A stretch of 64,000 bases of DNA, from NCBI GenBank assembly GCA_003344405.1, contig NOWV01000182.1, positions 1 to 64,000 of the forward strand. Reading direction: 5' to 3'. Below the pieces are notes generated by a model that did no database searches, was not told where the DNA came from, and was given only the letters and a program-made list of their open reading frames with translations. Shown here one piece after another: positions 25,001 through 37,900 of this stretch (position 1 is its first letter; each line of letters opens with the position of its first letter). Source of the stretch: Trichoplax sp. H2 (taxonomy: Eukaryota). The translations under genes were made by a program, and so were the position numbers.

Positions 25001-28000
25001 TCATTGACGCCGACTAAAAGCTAATTCGAGCGCTACTATTCTATGATAACGCAAACATCCTCATTTTAACAATTATCATCGCCAAAGGGTAGATAGACTA
25101 TTCTATCCCATTTGAATAGCTTTAAGTTAAGGCCTATTCAATAATGATGACTCAGATAACATTGAGACGATAGTTATTGAAAAGGCTATCTTAAATGACA
25201 GTATCACTTATTATACCGTGAGAATTAATAAGAAATAAAGTAATGCAAGGATAGACGGTTTGGCGTAAACAATGCAAATTATTATTATTTAAGCTCTTTC
25301 TTCTAGCATTTAAAGATTGATTTTCAGATTGATTTTCAATTTTCGGTAAAGCACTCCATGCTCATTATTAAGTCAAGTCCGAACGAAGTATAATTAGTGA
25401 ACGTTGTAAATCTTTCATTGATGACAATGTCCGATTAAGCATTTGTCCTCGACTCAATGGGCACCCAATTGTACGGAAAAGGATTTATTGATCTAATTAA
25501 TAGATAATATAGAAGTCTGATGCCTAAATAATGCAATGTTCAAAGACAGTTCTTTAAATAACATCAATTTATAATCTTAACTTGAAATGATTATGATTAA
25601 TCTTTATGTCTTTTATTTTTACTGATTTATTTTACTCGCTAATGTAGCTATTGTAATTAATGAATCGTTCTTCTAAACTTTTGGATAAGTTTAATTATAT
25701 ATAGTTACACTTTATTTATTGAACGTAGATATAGATTTGATCGTCTTATAGGACTACTAAGGATGATAGCACTATTAATTGCAACTCAATATTACTCTAG
25801 ATTGCTAATGGCGTTGATCTACGTTACAAAACCATTCAAATTCGTGTAGCATTAATTGGTATCGTTACATGGTCTGTGCAAGATCCAATTACAGTCACGG
25901 CAGACGCTTCGGCAACACTAACCAAGTTTGCTAATTATTCACGCCTAGTCTTAAAATCTATTCATGCTTATGATAGTGCTCAACTCTTGACTGGAATCAG
26001 TTTAACCGGAAAATCAGGTAAGTTTATTCTCGATACAATATTTGATAGTAGTAAACAACGGCAAAGAAATTTGATTTAATAGCCTTACCGAACCAGTTGA
26101 ATACCGTATTCATCTAGTAATAAGTGCCATACTACTCAAACGACCACTGGTTCAGATCTGCTAAGGAATAGAATTATTTTTTTTCTAGCTGCACCGAGCT
26201 TCCAAGTTGCCAATAATATTAATTAATTATAAGTGATCTCTCTTTCTACAGTCAACATTACTAGCAAATTCAGCATACACTTATAGTATAGTTTATGGTA
26301 GAAAGCAACTGTAAATCTCCTTTTTACAATAGTTCATGCTTTGATGTCTTCTCTGTTTTGCTGTATCGATCGATAACTTTTCAAACCACTGCCCAACGAA
26401 AAGGCAGACATATATTTTATGCAAGTGTACGCTTATACGTGCTCGAGTCATGAAAAATTTCCGGTATCTTAGATCATCTTATTATCAGTTGATATTTTAA
26501 CATCGGCGATATTTTGTTACTCTATTAAGTATTCAAGTCAATGTCAATTAAATTAAATATAAAATAGCAAGGAAAGTGCACGTTACAGGCTCTAGATAGC
26601 GAATCAATCGCCTATAGCTTTACTAAAATGCAAATTCTATCTTAACTAAAGCGCTTTTTATTTCATACATTTATATCTATTGCATCTTACTTACGTAGCC
26701 AAACTTCTTAAGAAATTTGTGCCATATCGGATTTCACTATCTATCTCCTCACTCCTTTAAATTATGATTTAATACCCAACCTATCTCCCCGCAATGCCTG
26801 TCACTTACATCAATATACTAATGAAATAAATGTATTCGGTTTCATGTATAATATAGTATTGATAGTTACATTAGAACTGATATAGCTAAATCAGCCATGA
26901 CTAATGTATAGGTGGAAATAAAAATTTGAATTGCCAAAAGTAGCCAAAATGAAACAGTATGCTATTTATTCTATCTAGGTCTAGCCTATGTCTCAACTAT
27001 GTGCCTATCCAATGCAGTGGGTATTTCCCATAACTCCAAAAATGTTGATCAAGTTGCCGCTATCCTTTCTCATGAAATTGGGCACGTTTTCGGTATGAAT
27101 CATGATACTGGACGAACTTGCACCTGTGTTTATAAACCTAGTAGTGCCAAGATATGCGTTATGTCTGGTGTACTCTCGCAGCCCTATCCGCAATCATTTT
27201 CAAGTTGTAGTGTTGCAGATTTAAATAAGAGCCTACAGGAAGGATTAGGCTCCTGCTTATTTAATCAACCTACAAAATTAGCAACAGCACCAAAATGTGG
27301 TAATGGATTCGTTGAAGTAGGAGAAGAATGCGATTGTGGCTCGGTAGCAGAATGTACTAATCAATGTTGTAACGCCACAACGTGTAAACTCCGTGCTTCA
27401 GCAAAGTGTGCTTCAGGTCCTTGCTGTCATAATTGCCAGTATAAAGCAAAATCAATACTCTGTCGTGGAGCGATCAATGACTGTGATCTGCCAGAATATT
27501 GTAGTGGTAAGTCAGAATTATGTCCAGCTAATATGGTAAAACAAAATGCGCTACAATGCTCCAGAAATACTGGTTATTGCTATAATGGGGCATGCTTAAC
27601 CATTGATGCACAATGTCGAACACTATGGGGACCACATAGTGCAGATGCAGCTAGTATTTGTTGGAATCGGCTTAATGTTATGGGAAATCAATATGGATAT
27701 TGTAAGAGATCTAGTAGTGGAGCTTATACTGGCTGTAGTGCAGCCAATGTTCGTTGTGGTAAACTACATTGCTGGACTAATGCTTCAGCGCCAGTAATAG
27801 GTGCTACTTGGAGATTGGCAACAGTTACATTTACTCAGGTAGTGGAGAAGAAGATGTATTAGAATTAAATTTTATGTAATAAATTTAGCTACCTTGACCA
27901 TTTCATATTAAAATTGAAAGTGATCAATTAAAACCATAACTAATCTATTTCTACTCTCAATTGTAATTTAGGGAAGCACTCAAATACCATGTAAGAGCAT

Positions 28001-30373
28001 TTCAATCGATTTAGGTAATGATATTCCTGATCCAGGTATTGTCATCGATGGAACCAAATGTGGTCAAGAAAAGATTTGCTTTAATAATGAGTGCCAAAAT
28101 ATAAAATCAGTCTTAAATATCAAAGAATGCAACCCAGCTAACTGCTCTAATCATGGAGTAAGGATTACATTTATAAGATATTGAAAACTCTCATTTCTAT
28201 CGGATAGTAGAATCTGATAATAAGAAGTCACGTTTAGTATTCTACACTTTCATTCATTGAAATGCACCATGTTTCTACTATGATGATAGAAATTTTTCAT
28301 ATATTTATTCTCCAAATTAGATTTGTAACAGTAATGGCAATTGCCATTGCAATGCTGGATATGCTCCTCCTGATTGTAGCCAATCAGGTAATGGCGGTAG
28401 TATTGACAGTCATGGAAATCAAACAACTGTAAATCCTAGTGTAGGTTAGTAAAATTTCCGTCCTTTGCTAGTAATCAGATATTTATGTAGAATCCTGTAT
28501 AATCGTAACCTTCTTGCACAATTGATTTCCTCCAGTGCCTAGCCAAGTCGTTTCCTCATCGACATCAACCGTCACAACATCACAGCAAGGTAGCTTTAAA
28601 ATATTTCATATGTATTAGTGAATGATGCGGATTGGTTAATATTCTAATTGAACTACTTCTTCATTAATACTTCATGTATAAATTTAAGTCTTTGTACCGT
28701 AATACCGTACTAAAGTAAGGTAGCTAAATACTATTTTAAAAAATTCTTTAATTTTATTTATTTGCGGTCTTTCAGTTTCTTCCAGCCAGGTCCTATCTTC
28801 ATCTATATCTACTACATTATCGTCGCAGCAAAGTAAGAAAGGGAATAAATATAACTAGATTACATCCTATAATGCGTAGCATTAAGAATGAATAGAGTAA
28901 CATTAGTTCATGGAAATGTTGTTGGATATTATCTCACGGAATAAGTTTTCTGTAGTTACTCTAGAATACGAGTTTACCAGAAGTTTCATAGTTAGCATCA
29001 ACATGAAAGATTAAATATTTAATCCAACGGCTTTGAGGCTTCTATTCCACTCTTTTTTATTTATCTGCATTTGCAGCACCATCGTTGCGAGTAGATTTGG
29101 ATGCCGTAAATCAAATGCCTACATTATGCGTATACTATGCATCATTCTCGCGATAAATCAGCTATGACCATTGGATACAGCATTAAATATTTATCTTGCT
29201 TACGTCAGATATCTCTGTAGTGTGATGCGGCGAGTTATGTGCAAATTTATTCTTAAACTTACCATCTTTACTCACAAATTATCTATCAAAAACACAATTT
29301 AAATATTGTAAATTATTTCAGCTATTGCTCAACTAATGGTTGATCTTTTTTGTTGAAGCCTCTAGTCAAACGACTACCAGTTCTTCCATTTCAGTAACAT
29401 CATCTCATCAAAGTAAGAAGCCAGGAATTTAATTGCGTTTCCTATTAGGATTGATATCTAAATTGCTATTTCTTGTTAAAATGAAAGTCAAATTTACATC
29501 ATTTTAAGTTATTGCTGAGAGCAATGCAGAAAATTTAAATATAACAGTCTTGAATATTTACAACAACCTTTGAAAATCAGTCAGCACTAATTAAAAGATA
29601 ATTTGAACTGTTTTAGCATCTTCTTCATCGGTTCATCAAACTACTACAACAAGCTCAGTCATAAGTACATACACTACAACTTTGCTTCTTTCACAATAAT
29701 TAGAGAAAAAATAATATATATATAGTTCATTAACTGGTTTAAAATCACTTCTATTTACTACAGCATCAACTCTATCCCCTACAACATCGCAAAGTACAGG
29801 TAGGCCACTAAATGTTAATTTCGTTGTCATTCTACTCTAAAATGATTGTCAACTCCTATTTTAGCCACAACAGGAATTAATCCTACTAAGGCTACGTCTA
29901 GTGAGCCAGCAACATTCACTAGCTCTACCTTTGGTAAGTACAAAAATTTAAAGATACATTACCTTACTATAAAACTGGTTGAGATGACTATGATCATTAC
30001 TGTACCGGTATAGTAAATTTACTTGGCAATTGCATCTATTTCTTATAGATTTATCACTAATCTTAACATCAGAAGCTATCACCAATCAATCGGGTAATTT
30101 ATTTGAGTGAAATTAGAATATATTCCTTATTAAAAATAATTGCTTAGTATTCTGGTGTTGGTTGTACTTAATACTCTTTTTATAATCTGCTGCTTTCGCA
30201 CATCTATAGAACCAAATGGTACTTTGGCCAATTCGGATGCGACACCTACGATACAGCCAAGTCCAAGTGGAACATTATCAACAGAAACCAGCGATGCAAT
30301 CAAACTACAGCATCAATCAATGTGGATCCCATTAATCATGACTTTGTTAACTCTATTGATATTTAAGCCATAA
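22067..30373 (+). CDS. ADAM metalloprotease 'ADAM-C', about 885 aa, 14 exons including seven Ser/Thr-rich stalk microexons, GPI-type signal
   Basis: Exons 22067-22453, 23975-24331, 25801-26017, 26979-27838, 27972-28157, 28321-28444; microexons 28536-28589, 28776-28832, 29359-29412, 29617-29664, 29764-29799, 29865-29933, 30049-30093; last exon 30210-30373 (2658 nt in frame). [33 protein letters not shown]-terminus ..[30 protein letters not shown]. The microexons are less certain than the core exons. Confidence 0.9.
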
Positions 30374-31993
30374 GTAAATTATTACTATCATTCCACCTAT
30401 GGCAATTATTATAATCGTCTAGATAGAATGTAGTAGATAAGCATAACTAACCTATATGAAGTATACCACAATAGTTTCGAAAATAAACCATTCAAATTAG
30501 TCTGGAATTTTTACATTGACTGTACGGTGGTAACATCATGAAATAATACTTTTATCATGATATAGATTTAAATAATAGTATCGCGACAAAAGCATTCTGA
30601 AACAAATACATTTTGATTACTCAAACAAGGCTAATGTTGAGAAAATCACTCTTCTATGCAATTTTATCATAGATACCGTAGAGTAAAAGTTGCTATTTTA
30701 TCAATTTTAAAAAGTTTGCATATTAAAATCAGATTCATCATTACTGTAGCTTTTATAAACTCTTTCCATTCTGATTTTAAAAAGCAGACACTTGTTCGTT
30801 ACTTAGTTGATGTAGCTATAGGATAATATTTTTGTCTGTTATTTCTAAATAAAAAGCATTAATTGCCTGATAGAATAATTACGGATAGCTCCTCTTTAAA
30901 GAGCTTTAATAAGATATTGTACAATGTTCGTTTTAATGCTTTGCATTAATTATAATATCAGAACCTTTCATAATTTATTTTTATCAGCAGTATCTAATAT
31001 ACCATCAAAGTCTTGCATATTATGAAGTAATCCTCCTACTATTCGATATATCTAATGCATTATTACGGTATAGCCAGTTAGTTGAGTATACAGTGAAACA
31101 TTTGACCCTACTTAAGAATATGAATTTATTGGAATTTGAACTATATTATTATACACGATTGTTATTACCGGCTGAATTTTACATAGTCAGTTATCCCTAC
31201 GCTTATTTTATTTGATTAGGGTATTGGAAATAAGAATTTTGCATGGCTAATTAAATTTACTTAGTAATTTAGAAAAGTGCTTATTGATTGCATTCACTTG
31301 GATGATCATCAAACTAGGCCATTTTTTGATAAATCTAAAAGTAAGAATTCTTTTCTATAAGAAACTTTTAGTACCAAATGTATGGCATTAGATACATAAA
31401 TGTGATGTAAAATGGATTTTAATGCATTCATAGCTGCTGAGGTAGTTGTTATTACTATTGCTATTACAACAAAAATAAGACTTGTTGCGTAATCAATGAG
31501 CTTTAACATAGCTGGATAATTCATTACATGCACAAATAGCCTTAAACTATCTTATAATATAGCAATCTGTTAACAGTAGCTAATACCACTGCTAGCATAA
31601 TAAATTCCACTTGTAAAATATGGCATCTAACACAGTACATTCCAAAACACCAGCAGCAATATACAACAGTACTGCAAGTAAGTTTATTTCTATTTCTCTT
31701 ATACATACAAGCTGAAAAAGATAAAGTCATCATGCAAGCTGACAATCTAAGTAAAGGCTTTTTGAACTCAATTAAGTTTAGTAACCGTAAGAAGATTACT
31801 CAGTTCTAACGAATTTAGGTTCATGTTCTGACTTTGATACTCTAGTAATAATGACTTGTATAGGAGTCTCGCCGATTAATTTACCGTAATTGCTAACAGC
31901 TTTCTAACAGTTAGACCATTCAATATAGTAAGATTAAATTTTCTGATGAAGTTCAGATCTAAATTAATTTCGCTCTATAGGTAATAAAAAATT

Positions 31994-34900
31994 TTATATT
32001 GCGGTCGGTACTGGTATTTTTTTCGATTTTCTACGGTTAGATTTTAATCTATTTGGTTGAACCACGGATTGAATATTTTGGTCATTTCGCTGCCAATCTT
32101 GATGAAAATCTTGACGAATGATTTGGAACCGGTTTATTAATGCTTTCTTAAATGTTAATTTCTAGTCATCGGCAAGAATAAATATCACATTATTGCAACA
32201 AACGCCGGTTACCGTAATTAATATAATTATTTTAAACTTTACTCATTTACAGCTACAATAAGTTATTGCATCTTCTTACCCTAGTACTGGGGTGGCGAGT
32301 ATCTTGTACAGCTGCTACAATCCATTCCATTAGAAGGATGACAATACTAAACCCAATCGTTATAAGCAAGATGTAGAAAATTCCTGCAAGGTTCTCCAGT
32401 TTAACTGGCTCAAGCCTTGAAGATGATTGTGCTGTATTGCAAGCTCCACCAAACCTGTCAATAGAAATAACGGTAGCATATTTAAATCAGCCCCAAATCA
32501 TGCCATATTAGCATTAGGGTGCGATTGTAGAAAGCTCTAACAGCTCACTCAGGATTTGTCATAGTATCGATTGATGGTATCTAGACTACATTAGCTATAT
32601 CCAATTTCCTTCTTACGAGATACATAACATTAATCTCTCTAATATAAGAGCATCCACTGAGCTTGAAAGGCGTAAAATAATTTCTAATAAATAAGCCAAT
32701 TTAGTCGTAGCTTGACTTCATTAGTATCGATTACAATCAGATTAAGCAGCAGCCTTAATAATAAATTGATCACAGAATTTAATTTATAGCTCTACTAAAT
32801 ATTATTCCAGTCATCATTAAAACTTATCCTATCGATACTGCTCCGGAGACCTATTTCCAATTGCTACTTAATTAAACCCCAATTTCATCTCGACTCTATC
32901 CTATATAATTAACTTACATATGTATTACACCTGCTGACGGTAAGCTCTTGACTTGATTTTAATTAATAAAAGGGTTAATTAAGATCTCTAAGCTGATGGT
33001 TTTCTTCAAGAGGCTACATCATTAAAGTACAAATACTATACCTATGACGAAGTTAGAGCTCTAATTTCAAAATTTAATGATAAAGCAAAATTACCATTAA
33101 CAGTTGTCTAAAACGCTCCATGTGTTTTAATATCAAGGATACTCAAAATTTTGATGTAGCTATCCTCGTGGACAGTTTATAACTATCAACTCAAGCATAA
33201 TTACCATTTAGCTCGAAGAATATCTAAATAGCCTTCTTCACGCAATTTAAGTACTTGTATGCTAATTTCTTTCCAATAAAGGGACTCCTTTTGAACAGCT
33301 AAAGCGAGGCTATCTTCTTTAAAACTGCCAATTGTAGTTAAATTGCAATTTTTACTTTTTGCATAATCTAACGTTGCCGTATCACTTATAAATGCATAAG
33401 GTTCAGTTGTGCCCGCTAAAACACGTTCTATTCCTTCCGTAGTATTGGCTACATTTTTCAAATGATACTTCATATCTTTATAGGGCGAGATACTGGTATG
33501 TAAAAAGAATGTTTCTGTACTTGTGTTTGCCATAACACCATAACTAATGCCTGAAGTCCTAGCCAAATCTTGTAACGACTCAATGGCTAAGTAAAATTTA
33601 TAAAAGATTTAAAAAATAAAACTAGTATAAATAAACGAAACATAATGAACTTTCTATCCGTCTAGTCTAATTAACTCCATAATGATAGAGCTTAGAGTAT
33701 TAGGCAACCTTACTTGCATGCAAACTATTCACTGTTAAGAATGCAGTTAAATTAGCCGTATAAGTAGCTATCATGATGACCGAAGCTAGCCACCACATAG
33801 CTGTAATTAGGCGTGCAGATATCGATCTTGAAGTTCTTTCAGCCCCTTGAGATAAAAAAGATTCCAAAGTATACCACAGATTATTGCTAAATGAAAATGC
33901 CTCTAATTCGTTTTCCTTTTCAGTCTTCCAAAACTTTCTATCTTCTTCTGCTTGATCAGAATAGGAGTTTGATCTCTGCAATAATTTAATCTGATCAGCA
34001 GCTCTACCGTAATAATCGTATGGGCTTAACCGATTGATGCATGTAGTAACTGCTGCTATAATAATTAATGTAATCACGATGCCAATCCAGACTTCAATCC
34101 TAAGCGGTAAGAAAGCTTGAAAAACCGAAACTGGTGGATTACTTTCTCGTAATGTTAAGACAGTTAGTCCTTGGTTAATGTACGGTATGGTAAAGTCTAA
34201 GACCTGCTGTCGTTCTGGTGTTATCGACAAAGCTGCTGCAGCAATATCAGCTTCCTGAGAGAAAAATTATTATAAAGATTCCGTAAAACTAATCGCATTC
34301 AATCCGACCGTTAGCTTTATCAAATTAAACGTTGGATAATTTAATCAGGCAATAGCGGATAATCTGAATTAATTACGTTCAGCTACCACAGACTCAAAAT
34401 TGTGCAGTAATTCATGGCAGTTCCTCCGCTATACGGAGGAAATTTAGCTGGTGCCAGGCAATGTATACTGTTGATTATATAGGATTGAATGCTATCCAAT
34501 ATTACTTAGTAAAAAGTAATACTTCATTATTGTATAATTGCGCCATAAATTAGAGAGCGACTTACTCCGATAACAACTTCTCTCACCATACCCGTCCAAA
34601 CGATAGCACCATATTCATTTCGATTTTGTACCCCATATTGACCATCCGCAACCAATCGAATGTCATACGTAAAATTCAAATTTTCACTTATACGATCTAT
34701 TAAATCGATAATGTAGCCATCATAGCGACTATTAGGCGTAGGACTATTTGAATTTTCGATAGTAAATGGAGGTTCCTGCATTTGTTATCAAATAAATATA
34801 AGAACTGCTTAAGTATGATTACAATGATTATTTTCTCACGTATTCAGTGATAAAGTTATTAACAACTTAAATACGAGTAAATCAGTAGTATGATTTCCAT

Positions 34901-37900
34901 TACTATATCATAAATAAAAATTTGCACGGATGTATGTAATCGTAAACTTTATCATCATTTCATCTCTCTATGTTCGTTAAATATCAATAACAAATCGTCC
35001 AAAATATTTTCGTGATATAGCTGACAGTATTAATAGATGCAAAATTTTCCATTCAAGAAAGAATTGTAGATGGATAAACTTTAATACAAATATTTTTAGA
35101 TAATCGTACTACAACCTGGATAGCTGAGAATGCAGCATTGAAAGCATAGCATTCATTATTGATCAATGTCTCCAGATTATACGATATAATGAAAAAGATA
35201 TTTTAAAAGTTAGAGAAGGGACTTACAATAATAGTCGTAACAATGAGGTTCTTGCCATTTAGAAACGAACCTGAATCAATGATATGATTCATTCCATCGA
35301 AGAAGTAAATTACATCATCATCAAGATTTAACTTGTGATCACTAGTCCAATCCCCAACCTGATAATTGAAGATAAGCTTAATGTAGGTTAGCTGTACAAT
35401 TCTCCTTCATAAGTTATTATTATTATCGATGTAAAATAAAATGAGGCAATGTTATTATAAGCAAATTAAGGATGTAATATACTCTTCAATATTTCTAATG
35501 ATGACTTATTTTGATCGTATAATACGGTAGAAAATGCGTTACTTTATTATAAAAATTAATTTTATTACTCTCATGTCTCAGATTTCATTGTCTACTGTAC
35601 GTTACAGCATAATTGCCGATTACCTACAGGTTAATTTATGGATAAAATATTAGTTTAATAATAATAAATCTGAGAAGCACATACTCCTATGTGGTATATA
35701 CTTAGGTAGTTTATTTAGAGAAGAAAAGATTGCATAAATATTAAGAAATGCAACAAATTTGCCGACTAATCCGGAGTTGCTTAAATTATCTTTTGCTGTT
35801 AATTTAATTGATTGTGGCTAGAAATTTAGCTCTATAATACTTTGGAACTTTCTGGTTTAATTTATAAGTTAACTACAAACTCCTGTTTCTCTTAGTCAAA
35901 GATTATGGCATTGTTTTCAGTGTCGCTATGGGAGAGCCGTCTAATCTTTTAAAATTACCTTAGCCCATGTCTGGCCATGCAAATTAACGATATCATAACC
36001 AACATTAGCTGGGCCGCCATCAGCATCAAAATCAATGGATAGGATAGTTGATGGACCGGATGACTATGAATTGTAAAAGAATTACAGGAACTAAAAATTT
36101 CGAAATTCTTATTCAAAATTCGCCTTGCAGTTATGAGTTGAATACTATATAGATTCATTGCTCAAATAATGCGATGTTTATAAAAAACCAAACTAAGACG
36201 CTTTGCATTACAACAGAACACATAGACTTAACTACTATTTTATAGGACTAGCATGCTCCTTAAGAAGATCAAAGCAGGAGAAATGTAACTTAACTGTTTC
36301 TATATAATGAAGATTATGCTGTCGTTTCCAAATTTGAGAACACATGATGTTATTGCACTATGAGTAATGGTATCTTGAATTATTAGTATCTCCTAATTTA
36401 TGTCTAGTGGGCAAAATAAAATTTGGTCTGTAATCTTTATGTAGATAGCCAAATAATATTAAAAATAATCCATGGCAAATCATCGCATTACACTTTTACG
36501 GTCATAACTTAAAATATTGACCTTATCGATATTCATATGCTAGTAAAGGCCTTTATCTGAAGATGCTTATATTTCAAACATTTGGTATAAATCTTGATTG
36601 TGTTCTATCATTCTAACCTCTTTAATTAATTGTAGCATTTCATATCCATCTTTCCAGGGAACAGGAACTGTTTTAGTGGTACAAGTTAGGTTAGCTGGAT
36701 TCAATGATAGACCAGCCTTTAGCATCTTTTGGATACCATACCCAGCTGCTAAAACTGCATCAAAATACTGCAAATACAAAGACTGCTCGGATAAAGAATG
36801 AAATAAAAAATAAATTATGATAAGTCTGTCGTTTTAAATTTTGTAGATCAATTTTGTTATTATAACTGGAATTAAATTGCTAGCGTAACACTTAGAAAAA
36901 TATGAAAAAATAACTGCGAATATACATTATTTTTGTGTATTGAATTGTACTAATTATCCTTAATATCTCGTAAAGCTAATAATTCTCTTCTCACTTAGGT
37001 AAGTAATTATCTTATGTTCAAGTCGTTAATTACCTCAATTGGTTGATTATATTGTCTAAAATATTTTGCTGTTACATTATGATAAAGCTGTCCGTGATTG
37101 CTATAATATCGTAATCCTAGTAAGCCATTTAAGTACGTGGGTAAGTTGGAGGTCTGCGAAACAGTAAAGAATATCTTTACTTTAAAATCTGCCAGAAAGT
37201 CATAAAAACATGGCAAAAGATTTGTTTAATGAGTTAGCACTATAGTTTTAATTTTATAAAGTAGTTAAAGTAGAATTGAAACTGCTATATTGACCTTTAT
37301 TTCTAGATATTAGCAGGTATAGATATAGAACTCTCTCTCTTACAATACTGTAGGAATTCAAGACAGATTACTAAAGAAATTAAATGTACAGCTGTATTGA
37401 TGGTTCTTTTATTTAGAAGGTAATGTAATAAATTCTATAGCAACATGCAAGTGAATCCACAGTATTCAAATTAGAGCATGTAGTGTTTATCATCCTATTG
37501 ATCAGTTAAATTACGACTATCTATTGTCATAGCAATGCGTGCTTACGTGAAAATTAATTTTGCTAATTATCAATCATCCGATCGGAAAAGTTTATTTGTA
37601 CTAATTCAGCGATCAATATTGTTGATGTATACTAAAAATAAACTTTCTTAAGACCTCAAACCTGAGCATAGTCCAACTAATTTACGATCAAACTACATTA
37701 TTCTACTGTTGGACAAGCATTAATGCCTATCTGTGTTGTCCAGTACATCGCTCTACCTGCGAAGCAATAGCATCGGCAGCTATCCAACACCATCCTCGAT
37801 CAAGCATACCATAAGAACGTGCTTTACTAAATATTTGCATTGCCTGGCTAGCTAAACAGCTAATAATAACAATTCTTGTACCTAATAATATTTGCATATA

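Noticed and set aside
33735-33775. Natural Lurcher mutation in the iGluR gate
   Set aside because: The Thr is at position 7 of SYTANLAAF, not the Lurcher position 8.
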